A DNA stretch of 64,000 nucleotides. Source: an uncultured virus (IMG/VR IMGVR_UViG_3300010885_010158) (taxonomy: Duplodnaviria; Heunggongvirae; Uroviricota; Caudoviricetes). The stretch lies in the IMG/VR virus record IMGVR_UViG_3300010885_010158. The stretch is one strand, 5' to 3'. Shown here piece by piece: positions 28,705-38,107 of the stretch. The notes under the pieces are model-generated. The model saw nothing but the letters and a program-made list of their open reading frames with translations, ran no database searches and was not told the origin of the DNA. Numbering within the stretch: position 1 is the stretch's first letter; every line of letters starts with the position of its first letter. The position numbers were made by a program, and so were the translations under genes.

Positions 28705-29697
28705 ATGAATTATTCTTTGACAGCGTTTTCGTCTATATTTGATAATAAGACGCATCGCCAAATACATCATGAAACGTGGGAAGAGTTCGAAGCCATGCTA
28801 TATAAAATGGCTGAGACTCCAGGTTATAAATTAAAACGTGGAGAACGCAAAGCACCGAAAGGTCTTAAAGCTTCTCCATTAATTTCTCCTGCTATATTTC
28901 CAGAAGGAAAAACCCGAGCTAACGATAATGTTATTGAATGGGCAGGATGGGCAGCATTAGATATTGATGATCATCAATTCCAAGGAAATTTAAAAGATGA
29001 ATTACATACTCTTTATGGCAATTATTATTATGTGTGTTACTCTACCTCTAGTAGTACTATCGATCATCCGAAGTTTCGCCTTGTATTCCCACTTAAATCT
29101 AGTGTGCGGAAAGAATTCATTAAGCATTTCTGGTTCTCACTCAATAGAGAGTTCAACAATCTCGGAGATGAACAGACTAAAGACTTATCGAGGATGTATT
29201 ATGTCCCTGCTGTTTATCCAGGGGCTAATAACTTTATCTTTACTAATGTTAGTGATAGTTTTATTGATCCAATTGTTTTGATGGATAAACATCCATACAT
29301 TGTGCAACAATCTGGTATTGCAACATTTATGGATAGATTACCACCAGAAGTACAGAAGAAAGTTATTAATCATCGTGAAGAGTTATTAAAAAATCAAGCA
29401 AATTATGATTTTGAATGGACATCATATAGAGATTGCCCATTCGTTAATAAAAAAATGGTTAACGATTATAGTGCTATATCTAATACAGATGGATCAGGTC
29501 GCTATGCAATGATTTACAAGATCATGACATCAATAGCATGTAATGCAATCAAACGCAAGTATCCAATAACATCTAGTCAAATCGCAGAGCTAATTAGGCA
29601 GCTTGATAAAGATACATCTCGTCGTTATCAAAAACGACCATTGCAGACTGAAGCAGAGCGAGCTTTAGAATATGCGTATAGGACCGCTGAAATCTAG
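28705..29697 (+). CDS. AEP/primase-polymerase-like protein
   Basis: RANDNV, ALDIDD, YST...PKFRLVFPL, KDLSRMYYVP. Confidence 0.65.
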   Translation: MNYSLTAFSSIFDNKTHRQIHHETWEEFEAMLYKMAETPGYKLKRGERKAPKGLKASPLISPAIFPEGKTRANDNVIEWAGWAALDIDDHQFQGNLKDELHTLYGNYYYVCYSTSSSTIDHPKFRLVFPLKSSVRKEFIKHFWFSLNREFNNLGDEQTKDLSRMYYVPAVYPGANNFIFTNVSDSFIDPIVLMDKHPYIVQQSGIATFMDRLPPEVQKKVINHREELLKNQANYDFEWTSYRDCPFVNKKMVNDYSAISNTDGSGRYAMIYKIMTSIACNAIKRKYPITSSQIAELIRQLDKDTSRRYQKRPLQTEAERALEYAYRTAEI

Positions 29698-29726
29698 TGT
29701 ACAGCGAGTTATTTTTATGGTATAAT
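29698..29726 (+). promoter_or_regulatory. Phage promoter for base-modification operon
   Basis: TGTACA-N17-TATAAT. Confidence 0.85.
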
Positions 29727-29752
29727 ATACCTATCAACGTTAAGGAAATTAC

Positions 29753-30136
29753 ATGCAAAAATCATACTCAAGACCATCAGCAAATATCCTGCTAGAAGCT
29801 GCAGAAATTCAAGAAAGAAAAGGTCAAGATTATAATAATGCAGCTAGTCGAGTTGAACAAGCTGACTATTATCCACGCGGTGTAGTTTCTATTCTTGATA
29901 TCATTCATGCCAAATATCTTCGTATGGTTTCAGTCCTTGAAACTATGGAAGCTGGTGGTAACGTTAACTACGAATCAGTCGAAGACTCAGCTCTTGACAT
30001 GATTAACTATGCATCATTTGTAGTTGCTTATATGCGCGGTGAAGTACCTGGTCAAAAACCCGATCGTGATATATTCAACAAACCAAATCCAGAAAATCAA
30101 GCACTTATTCCAACAAAATTCAGAGGTACTAAGTAA
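29753..30136 (+). CDS. Nucleotide-modification-associated domain 1 (Nmad1/DUF1599-like) protein
   Basis: RKGQDY, KYLRM, ESVEDSALDMINYA pattern; adjacent to hydroxymethylase. Confidence 0.65.
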   Translation: MQKSYSRPSANILLEAAEIQERKGQDYNNAASRVEQADYYPRGVVSILDIIHAKYLRMVSVLETMEAGGNVNYESVEDSALDMINYASFVVAYMRGEVPGQKPDRDIFNKPNPENQALIPTKFRGTK

Positions 30137-30840
30137 TGTATGTTATTCCAACAGTTTATGATATCCGTCATCAACTTATTAATGAGTTACACGATCAAAA
30201 TTTTGTAACTGATAAATCTGGTGTTAAGACCATCGAAATAATAAATGCTTCTTTTCTTGCTGACGAAGAAGCAATATTCGGCACACCAAACCAAGATTAT
30301 ATTGAACGTGAACTTAAATGGTATCGTTCAATGTCACGTAACGTTAATGATATTCCTAATGGTCCTCCAGAAATATGGAAAATGGTTGCAGATAAGAATG
30401 GTATGATCAACTCAAATTATGGTTGGTGCATTTATTCAGAAGAAAACGGTTATCAATTTGCTAAAGTTGTAAAAGAACTTGTAGAAACTCCGTTATCTCG
30501 TCGTGCAACCATGATTTATACTAGACCAAGTATGCATGAAGATTATAATAAAAATGGTATGTCTGATTTTATGTGTACTAATGTTGTACAATATTTTATT
30601 CGTAAAGGTAAACTCCACGCGTCAGTCTATATGAGATCTAATGATGCTGTCTTCGGTTATAAAAATGATTATGCATGGCAAAAATATGTTCAACAACAAG
30701 TCCTTGAGGCAATCAATGGCAAGCTTTCTACTGTATATGGTATTGGTGATCTTTTCTGGAACGTCAGCTCTCTTCATGTCTATGAGCGGCATTTTAAACT
30801 AGTAGAAGATGAGGACGGAGAATATGGATCAAACACATAA
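30136..30840 (+). CDS. gp42: dCMP hydroxymethylase (thymidylate-synthase fold)
   Basis: Matches recalled T4 gp42 along length: DKSGVKTIEI, INSNYGW, SRRATMIYTRPSM, GMSDFMCTN (catalytic Cys), RSNDAVFGYKNDYAWQ (dCMP-specifying Asp), SLHVY. Confidence 0.9.
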   Translation: MYVIPTVYDIRHQLINELHDQNFVTDKSGVKTIEIINASFLADEEAIFGTPNQDYIERELKWYRSMSRNVNDIPNGPPEIWKMVADKNGMINSNYGWCIYSEENGYQFAKVVKELVETPLSRRATMIYTRPSMHEDYNKNGMSDFMCTNVVQYFIRKGKLHASVYMRSNDAVFGYKNDYAWQKYVQQQVLEAINGKLSTVYGIGDLFWNVSSLHVYERHFKLVEDEDGEYGSNT

Positions 30841-31273
30841 ATGGGATTTACGATATTTAGATCTAGCTAAACATGTTGCGCAATGGTCGAAAGATCCTAA
30901 CACTAAAGTTGGTGCTGTAGCAGTTGGACATATGGGTCAAATATTGGCTCAAGGATATAATGGATTTCCTCGAGGTATCTTAGATACTCCTGATCGTTTA
31001 AACGATAGACCAACTAAATACAAATTTGTAGTTCATGCAGAGATGAACGTAATCTATAATGCAACATATAATGGAGTGTCATTGAATGGTGCTAGATTAT
31101 ATGTTTACGGTTTACCAGTTTGCAGTGAGTGTGCAAAAGGTATCATACAAGTTGGTATACAAGAAATAATTATTTCTCAAGAATGTTTGAATCTTCAACC
31201 ACATTGGGTTGAAAGCTGGAAAATATCTGCAGATATGTTCGCTGAAGCTTGCATCCTCGTAAAAGTAATATGA
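30824..31273 (+). CDS. cd: dCMP deaminase
   Basis: SKDPNTKVGA, GYNGFP, HAEMN, PVCSECAK zinc motifs. Confidence 0.92.
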   Translation: MDQTHKWDLRYLDLAKHVAQWSKDPNTKVGAVAVGHMGQILAQGYNGFPRGILDTPDRLNDRPTKYKFVVHAEMNVIYNATYNGVSLNGARLYVYGLPVCSECAKGIIQVGIQEIIISQECLNLQPHWVESWKISADMFAEACILVKVI

Positions 31274-32439
31274 ATATAGAAACCACTAAATACTATGACG
31301 AATATATTCGTTATTACAATCTAGCATTAGACCAACAAAATAAGTGTAATGTATCTGATACTGCACCTTATGGTATGTTGTCACATGCTGAATCCGATAT
31401 GAACGATGAGTTGTTACATCACGTAGAATTATATGATGTAGTAGAACGTAAATATGCTGGCTTCTCTCAAATTGTAAATGATGCATTCTACGGTTGGACA
31501 AAAGAACATCCGTATTGGAAAAAAATGGAAGCTGGTAAAATCACACGGCAACGCGAAGCAGTTGCAAAAGATTGGACTGGTAAACACTCTGATTTTAAAT
31601 TACCAGAATGGTTGTATATTTTCATTCTTCATCGTGTTTGTGGTTCAGCTATTAACTATTCTACTAAACCATCTGGTTATCATAATACGTTACTATTCAA
31701 TTTGCATAAGGCAAAAACAATTGAAGAAATGACTATGATCGTTAATAAACATCCTAAACCATTTTATACATCAGTAGGTTATCAATTTCCAGCATTTCCA
31801 AAACCACCTGCAGGTTCAAATTATAAACGTGGCGGTGATTACTATCTAATAGAATTTGCACCACGTTTAGCTCGTGATCTTGCAGAATTTTTAGAAAAAG
31901 GCGGTAAGCGAGATCTTCGAGAGATTGGTTCATTCATGCTAGAATGGAATGTTACTAATGGTTTACGTCAATACCATTTTCAATATGCAGCAGTCATTGC
32001 AGATATCGCAGATTGGTATCCGCAATATGTGAATAAAGAAACGCCGTTTTATTATGGAACAAATGCAGTTGAATGTATCTCATACTTAGGTCGACCAACA
32101 TCTAAGATGAAACAAGATCAATTTTTAGATCAAGTTATGATGAAGATCTATGAAGATACTGGCGCATATCCATATAATGCAGAAGATGTATGTTGTGACT
32201 TTATCCGTTGGGTTGAAAACTATGTTCGACCAGGTGCAGATTACGATCACTTAGATTATGATAATGTATGGTCTTCATGTAAGATTAAAGATCATCCATT
32301 TGGTAGACAACAAAATATGTTGAAATTGGGATTAGTCAAATCATTTAATGGTATGAAAGCACATCCTTCAGATGATACAATTATTAAACAAGCGGGTTTG
32401 ACAGTGGAACAATATAAAGAATTATGCAAAACGATTTAG
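31270..32439 (+). CDS. Putative HhH-fold DNA base-modifying enzyme (aGPT-Pplase/5-hmU kinase-like), paralogue 1
   Basis: DELL...YDVVER, FQY...AD...GTNA, AEDVCCDFIRW pattern; operon context. Confidence 0.55.
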   Translation: MNIETTKYYDEYIRYYNLALDQQNKCNVSDTAPYGMLSHAESDMNDELLHHVELYDVVERKYAGFSQIVNDAFYGWTKEHPYWKKMEAGKITRQREAVAKDWTGKHSDFKLPEWLYIFILHRVCGSAINYSTKPSGYHNTLLFNLHKAKTIEEMTMIVNKHPKPFYTSVGYQFPAFPKPPAGSNYKRGGDYYLIEFAPRLARDLAEFLEKGGKRDLREIGSFMLEWNVTNGLRQYHFQYAAVIADIADWYPQYVNKETPFYYGTNAVECISYLGRPTSKMKQDQFLDQVMMKIYEDTGAYPYNAEDVCCDFIRWVENYVRPGADYDHLDYDNVWSSCKIKDHPFGRQQNMLKLGLVKSFNGMKAHPSDDTIIKQAGLTVEQYKELCKTI

Positions 32440-33407
32440 CAAAATTCATCGATGAACCATATAATAATATTACATATGAAGATACAAGTGATGTAGTATT
32501 AAAGAATGGCAAACCAACAGATAGTTGGATGAAAGATTGGACACAAGAAGAACGATTTGACAAGTTCTTTGAGTGGTGTCAAGCATTCGATAAACGTGAA
32601 GATAAACTATTGAAAGAAGACTATCAGATTTTCTCTCACCGATTGCATTGGCATGAACATCCATTTGTAGATGTTATGCAATCAATCACTGATAATAAGT
32701 TACGCTTATTCTATACACTTGTGTTCTCATTTAGTAATGAACATTGGGGTACACTCACATCATTGATGAATGATGGTATCATCTTAACGCGTGAACGCTT
32801 TAAAACACAACGTCATGCACGAAACGATCTATTCCAAATCTATTATCCTAAAGGTACGAACGTAAAAGATTGGTTGATAGATGGTCCAATGAAAGCTGCA
32901 GAAGATATTCATACTATCTTAGATGAACCTAAAAAGATGGGTCGTCCATTTACGATGATGGAATTTGCTAAACGTTTAGAAGCATACTTCAAAGAACATC
33001 AAGGATTTAGAAGTCCATTGTATCCATGCAAGAACACTGCACGTTATATGGCATTTGCTTATCCTCATTTAGTAGATCCAGAATCTGTATTGTTTGGTGG
33101 TACAGGTCACTTCGATGGCATGCAACAAATCTTCGGTGGTCCAAATTTAAATGGCAAAGTTAAGTATGAGATTGGCCCGAATGGAGAGTTTACAGCAACA
33201 AATAAGTATGGTATAATGTGGCTAGAACAGATGAATACATTAGCTAACGATTCTCGCAATCCAATGACAGTACAAAAGATGTTAAATGTAGAAGATAAAA
33301 CTTGTTTCTTTTATAAACATATTGCTATTAGTCATGGAGTTAAATCACCAACCAAACGTATTCCATATACATGGATTTTCCCACAGGAATTTAGCTTAAA
33401 AAAATGA
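32424..33407 (+). CDS. Putative HhH-fold DNA base-modifying enzyme, paralogue 2
   Basis: DKLL..DYQIFSHR, VDPES..GGTG..GM, NVEDKTCFFYK pattern parallels previous gene. Confidence 0.5.
   Translation: MQNDLAKFIDEPYNNITYEDTSDVVLKNGKPTDSWMKDWTQEERFDKFFEWCQAFDKREDKLLKEDYQIFSHRLHWHEHPFVDVMQSITDNKLRLFYTLVFSFSNEHWGTLTSLMNDGIILTRERFKTQRHARNDLFQIYYPKGTNVKDWLIDGPMKAAEDIHTILDEPKKMGRPFTMMEFAKRLEAYFKEHQGFRSPLYPCKNTARYMAFAYPHLVDPESVLFGGTGHFDGMQQIFGGPNLNGKVKYEIGPNGEFTATNKYGIMWLEQMNTLANDSRNPMTVQKMLNVEDKTCFFYKHIAISHGVKSPTKRIPYTWIFPQEFSLKK
33189..33217 (+). promoter_or_regulatory. Internal phage promoter upstream of SGNH and PLP genes
   Basis: TTTACA-N17-TATAAT with TGG extension, inside a CDS. Confidence 0.65.
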
Positions 33408-34387
33408 ATGTCTTAACAAACCCAATTAGTAATGTACCTCAACTAAAGAACTCTCATGTCCTTGGTTGGTCACAAATATGGGCAAATCAATTAGATGCTG
33501 CTATCGATCATAAGTGTTCTCCAAATATTGTTAATGCTTCAATCGTTTATATTGAGCACGGTGTAAACTTCGGTGGTACACTAAACTTATTTGGTGGCGC
33601 AACTAAAGAGATCTATGATAGAATCAATAGAGTTGCAGCACATCCTAATGTAGTATCATTAGACTTCGATATGCCAGATTGGGGAGACCAACTTAAGAAA
33701 CGAATTGGTGCACCGACTACATACATAGGTATCACTGAACAATGGTGTGATGCATTATCTTTACGCTTATCAAAAGTACAATCTGTTAAACAACAAGACT
33801 TATTGCAAGTATCATCTAAGTTCGATGGTATTTCTGTGGGAGATTCTCATACACCAGCATTCTCCCGTTCCACTGATATTGTACTAAGAGAAAATGGTAA
33901 GACATTATATGGTACTCTTAAACGCGGATTGATCACAGAGTTTAGAGGCTTGAAACCATTTGGCAATGTAACATTTTGTTATGGATCAATAGATATTCGC
34001 CATCATATACTTCGTCATGAGAACTTTAACTTAGACGACATGTTAGATGAGTATGTTAGACAAGCTGTTACTATACAAAAAGAACATGGATGCGATATCT
34101 CATTCACAACTCCAGTTCCAGTTGAATACGAAGATCGTAGATTACCAAAGACTGGTTATTTTAAAGGTACTCCATTCTTTGGATCAAGGCAAGATCGTTT
34201 AGACTTTACATACCGAATTATAGAAGGACTAAATAAAAGAAAGGTGAATGTTATTATGCCACCTGAAGAATGGTATAAGATGGATGGTGAGAAGTATGCA
34301 AAGACTTATATGGAAAATAGTTCGAGCGTTCATATTTCACCACAATATTATAGACGAAACGATTGGGGTCAAACTTGTTTAGCATAA
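33404..34387 (+). CDS. SGNH/GDSL-like hydrolase or acyltransferase domain protein
   Basis: VGDSH block I, YGSIDIRHH block III-like, C-terminal SVH. Confidence 0.55.
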   Translation: MNVLTNPISNVPQLKNSHVLGWSQIWANQLDAAIDHKCSPNIVNASIVYIEHGVNFGGTLNLFGGATKEIYDRINRVAAHPNVVSLDFDMPDWGDQLKKRIGAPTTYIGITEQWCDALSLRLSKVQSVKQQDLLQVSSKFDGISVGDSHTPAFSRSTDIVLRENGKTLYGTLKRGLITEFRGLKPFGNVTFCYGSIDIRHHILRHENFNLDDMLDEYVRQAVTIQKEHGCDISFTTPVPVEYEDRRLPKTGYFKGTPFFGSRQDRLDFTYRIIEGLNKRKVNVIMPPEEWYKMDGEKYAKTYMENSSSVHISPQYYRRNDWGQTCLA

Positions 34388-35337
34388 CAGAAGATACAGG
34401 TAATAAAGATATCCCGATGGGAATGGATCGCAGCGATGCGAAAAAATATTATGAAGAATTGTGGGGATCATATGATTCTAAAATATCAGATCCAGTAATA
34501 GAATCATATGGAGATAAATTTATACTAAGAGCTGATTTAGCACCAGGCGGATTGAAAGCTTTCGGTGGTGAAAGAGTTATAGCAGAATCAAAGTATGATA
34601 CATTTACATATTGTGCACCTCGGCAAGGTCATGCTATGGATGCTATTTCAATGTTAGCAGAGATGTATAATAAAAAAGTAGTATTCTTTTGTCCGTCATC
34701 TAAAGAAGTATCAGATCATCAAGGTGCATTATTCTCGTATCCTCACGTTGATATGCGATTCGTTCGTATTGCTGCAATGCCAGTTTTAAATCAATATGCA
34801 AAGAAATGGGCAAAAGAAAATAATGCGCAGTATCTTCCACTAGGTTTAAAAGATATGCCAATGGTTACAGCAGGACTTGTGAACATGGCAAATAAGATAA
34901 CTAAACAATTAGGTAAAGAACCTACACAAATTTGGTGTGCAGTTTCAACAGGAACTATGACACGTGCATTGCAAATTGGATGGCCGACAGCAGAAGCACA
35001 TGGTATTGCAGTGGCACGTAATATACATAAAGGTGAAATCGGTGATGCGAAAGTTGTAACAGCAACTATACCTTTCCTTAAAGCATGCATTACAAAAAAT
35101 ACTATGCCATTCCCCTCGACAGCAGCATATGATGCAAAAGCATGGGACGCTTTTGTTGAGCACGGAAAACCAGGATCTATTTTTATTAATGTTGGTGCTG
35201 ATGAACATATCAATAGAAACTTGTCAAAAGTAGATATATCTAATATCAATAGTTACAGAGAATGGCATGATATGGAAGATTTAAAACGCAATAGAGCATT
35301 TAAAAACAGTGTACAAACTAGTGAAAATGTGGTATAA
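34363..35337 (+). CDS. PLP-dependent enzyme, fold type II (Trp synthase beta/ACC deaminase-like)
   Basis: LRADL..GGLK (Schiff-base Lys), WCAVSTGTM phosphate loop, YDAKAW, FINVG; true start may be TTG 34375. Confidence 0.75.
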   Translation: MGSNLFSITEDTGNKDIPMGMDRSDAKKYYEELWGSYDSKISDPVIESYGDKFILRADLAPGGLKAFGGERVIAESKYDTFTYCAPRQGHAMDAISMLAEMYNKKVVFFCPSSKEVSDHQGALFSYPHVDMRFVRIAAMPVLNQYAKKWAKENNAQYLPLGLKDMPMVTAGLVNMANKITKQLGKEPTQIWCAVSTGTMTRALQIGWPTAEAHGIAVARNIHKGEIGDAKVVTATIPFLKACITKNTMPFPSTAAYDAKAWDAFVEHGKPGSIFINVGADEHINRNLSKVDISNINSYREWHDMEDLKRNRAFKNSVQTSENVV

Positions 35338-35338
35338 T
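35310..35338 (+). promoter_or_regulatory. Phage promoter for uvsX
   Basis: TGTACA-N17-TATAAT. Confidence 0.85.
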
Positions 35339-35369
35339 AATATATGAATACAAATAGGAGTAATATGCA

Positions 35370-36440
35370 ATGGGCTTAATGAGCAAACTACAGAAGAATT
35401 CAAAAATCGAATTCACTTCTCCGCTCGAAGACTCGAAATTCTTCGGCGATAAAGATATGATTACAACACCAGTTCCAATGGTGAATGTAGCGCTAAGCGG
35501 TAAACTTGATGGTGGTTTGACACCAGGATTGACAGTACTTGCTGGTCCGTCCAAACATTTCAAAACTGCTTTTAGTTTACTTATGGCTAAAGCATACATG
35601 GACAAATATAAAGATTCAGTATTGTTATTTTATGATTCTGAATTTGGTACTCCTCAAGGATATTTCGATTCTTTTGCTATTGATAAATCTCGAGTACTTC
35701 ATACTCCTATCACTGATGTAGAACAATTAAAATTTGACTTAGTATCACAGCTCAATAATCTTGATCGTGGTGAAAAAGTCATTGTAATTATCGACTCAAT
35801 TGGTAATTTGGCATCTAAGAAAGAAATGGAAGATGCATTGAACGAAAAATCTGTGGCAGATATGTCACGTGCTAAAGCACTTAAAGGTTTGTTCCGTATG
35901 ATTACTCCATATCTAACAATGAAAGATGTGCCATTGCTTGCTGTGAATCACACGTATATGGAAATCGGTATGTTCCCTAAAGCAGTAGTTTCTGGTGGAA
36001 CAGGAATCTATTATTCAGCTGATACAATTTGGATTTTAGGTCGTCAACAAGATAAAGAAGGTACAGAGATTAAAGGTTACCACTTTATTATTAATGTGGA
36101 GAAAAGTCGTTATGTTAGAGAAAAGTCTAAGATACCTTTATCTGTTAGCTATGAAGGTGGAATTCAGCGTTATTCTGGTTTGCTTGACGTTGCTTTGGCT
36201 GGCGGTTTCGTCGGTAAACCTTCTAACGGGTGGTATCAAAAAGTGGACAGAAACACTGGTGAGTTCTTGGATCCAAAGGTACGAGAGAAAGAAACGCTAT
36301 GCGAAGAATTCTGGGCACCACTATTAAAAGATCCAGCATTTCAAAAATATATTACAGACACATATCAAATGGGCACTGGTAAGATGTATCAAACAACAGA
36401 ACCAGATCATGCAGAAGAGTTAACTGATGAAGATATCTAA
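35370..36440 (+). CDS. uvsX: RecA-like recombinase
   Basis: AGPSKHFKT, FYDSEFG, DSIGNLASKKE, DMSRAK. Confidence 0.97.
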   Translation: MGLMSKLQKNSKIEFTSPLEDSKFFGDKDMITTPVPMVNVALSGKLDGGLTPGLTVLAGPSKHFKTAFSLLMAKAYMDKYKDSVLLFYDSEFGTPQGYFDSFAIDKSRVLHTPITDVEQLKFDLVSQLNNLDRGEKVIVIIDSIGNLASKKEMEDALNEKSVADMSRAKALKGLFRMITPYLTMKDVPLLAVNHTYMEIGMFPKAVVSGGTGIYYSADTIWILGRQQDKEGTEIKGYHFIINVEKSRYVREKSKIPLSVSYEGGIQRYSGLLDVALAGGFVGKPSNGWYQKVDRNTGEFLDPKVREKETLCEEFWAPLLKDPAFQKYITDTYQMGTGKMYQTTEPDHAEELTDEDI

Positions 36441-36765
36441 AGATAGTTATACTTTTGTTGAGCACAAAGGCGATGAAGATTGGTTTGTTAAAATCAAAGA
36501 AGGCGACTATAAAGGTATCATTTACAAATATGGTCGCATAGAAGTTCAAGAAGAAACAGAAATTGCAAAACTAAAATTTCAATTTAATATATCTAAAATT
36601 CCAGATGATCTATTGATGACGCAAGAAGAGTTACAAGAAGATGTAGTCTTTATGAATCTCTTAGGTGATATCTTAACACATATCATTGAAGACGCAATGG
36701 ATACTGGGAAATATAAGCTAGGGAAAAATGATAAGCCAACTGATACTGAACCAACTATGCACTAA
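36427..36765 (+). CDS. Conserved hypothetical protein (gp40 position)
   Basis: 112 aa ORF between uvsX and gp41. Confidence 0.7.
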   Translation: MKISKDSYTFVEHKGDEDWFVKIKEGDYKGIIYKYGRIEVQEETEIAKLKFQFNISKIPDDLLMTQEELQEDVVFMNLLGDILTHIIEDAMDTGKYKLGKNDKPTDTEPTMH

Positions 36766-38107
36766 TGAAGAATTCACTAGACGTGCATTACCATTTCTAA
36801 AGGATGAATATTTCGAAAGAGGAGACAAACTTCTCTTTGCAGTAATAAACCACTTTATTGAGAAATATAATAAAGTTCCAACTGAAGCAGCATTAAAGAT
36901 TGAATTACAACGTATTCCAAACGTTACGAATGATGTAATGGATATCGTTGATAAGGCATACAAAGCTGAACCCATTGATATTCAATGGGCATTAGATGAG
37001 ACAGAAAAGTTTTGTCAAGAACGTTCCATATATCTTGCCATCATGGAATCTATTCAAATCATAGATGGTAAGCATAAGGAGTTATCTAACAATGCGATCC
37101 CCGATATCCTATCTAAAGCACTATCTGTTAGCTTTGATACCAATGTTGGTCATGACTATATTGACGCTTCTGATGCGCGTTATGATTTTTATCATAGGAC
37201 TGAGTCGAGGATTCCATTCGACCTTGATTACTTCAATAAGATCACTAAAGGCGGTCTTCCAAATAAAACGTTGAACATCATCTTAGCTGGTACAGGTGTT
37301 GGTAAATCTTTATTCATGTGTCATATGGCTGGTTCATCGTTAGTACAAGGTAAAAATGTATTATACATAACGATGGAAATGGCAGAAGAACGCATAGCTG
37401 AACGTATTGATGCGAACCTTATGAATATCCCGATCGACCAGTTAGAACAATTGCCAAAGCAAGTATATGATCAAAAGATCCAAAAGATTGGCCAAAAGAA
37501 TATTGGTAAACTAATCATTAAAGAATATCCAACTGGTGCAGCTCATGTCGGGCACTTTAGAGCATTAATCAATGAACTTAAACTTAAAAAGAATTTTAAA
37601 CCCGATATCATCTTTATTGACTATCTTAATATTTGCGCCAGCTCGAGGATTCGTGGACTGGGTGGATCAGTTAATACTTACTCATACATTAAATCGATCG
37701 CAGAGGAAATGCGCGGCTTTGCTGTCGAAAACAACTGTCCAGTCGTATCAGCAACACAAACAACGAGGTCGGGTTTCTCGAATACGGATGTGGGTCTTGA
37801 GGACACAAGTGAATCTTTTGGTTTACCGGCTACAGCTGATCTTATGTTTGCGGTCATCTCGACGGAAGAGCTTGAGAAACTTGGCCAACTTATGGTTAAA
37901 CAGCTTAAGAACAGGTACAATGACCCAACGTTCCACAAAAGATTCATCGTCGGTGTAGATCGATCTAGAATGAAACTTTACGATGTAGAAGCAAGTGCTC
38001 AAACATTAATTAGTGAAGCAGTACACGTAAAAGAAGATGATAAACCATTAAACACCTTTGGCGATAGAGAAGGTAAAAAAAATTTTGGAGCATTTAAATA
38101 TGATTAA
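36728..38107 (+). CDS. gp41: Replicative DnaB-like helicase
   Basis: AGTGVGKS, ITMEMAEE, IDYLNIC, SATQTTR, KQLKNRY. Confidence 0.97.
   Translation: MISQLILNQLCTNEEFTRRALPFLKDEYFERGDKLLFAVINHFIEKYNKVPTEAALKIELQRIPNVTNDVMDIVDKAYKAEPIDIQWALDETEKFCQERSIYLAIMESIQIIDGKHKELSNNAIPDILSKALSVSFDTNVGHDYIDASDARYDFYHRTESRIPFDLDYFNKITKGGLPNKTLNIILAGTGVGKSLFMCHMAGSSLVQGKNVLYITMEMAEERIAERIDANLMNIPIDQLEQLPKQVYDQKIQKIGQKNIGKLIIKEYPTGAAHVGHFRALINELKLKKNFKPDIIFIDYLNICASSRIRGLGGSVNTYSYIKSIAEEMRGFAVENNCPVVSATQTTRSGFSNTDVGLEDTSESFGLPATADLMFAVISTEELEKLGQLMVKQLKNRYNDPTFHKRFIVGVDRSRMKLYDVEASAQTLISEAVHVKEDDKPLNTFGDREGKKNFGAFKYD

Noticed and set aside
30136..30840. Thymidylate synthase (thyA/td) call
   Set aside because: Sequence follows T4 gp42, including the dCMP-specifying Asp, and ThyX is encoded separately
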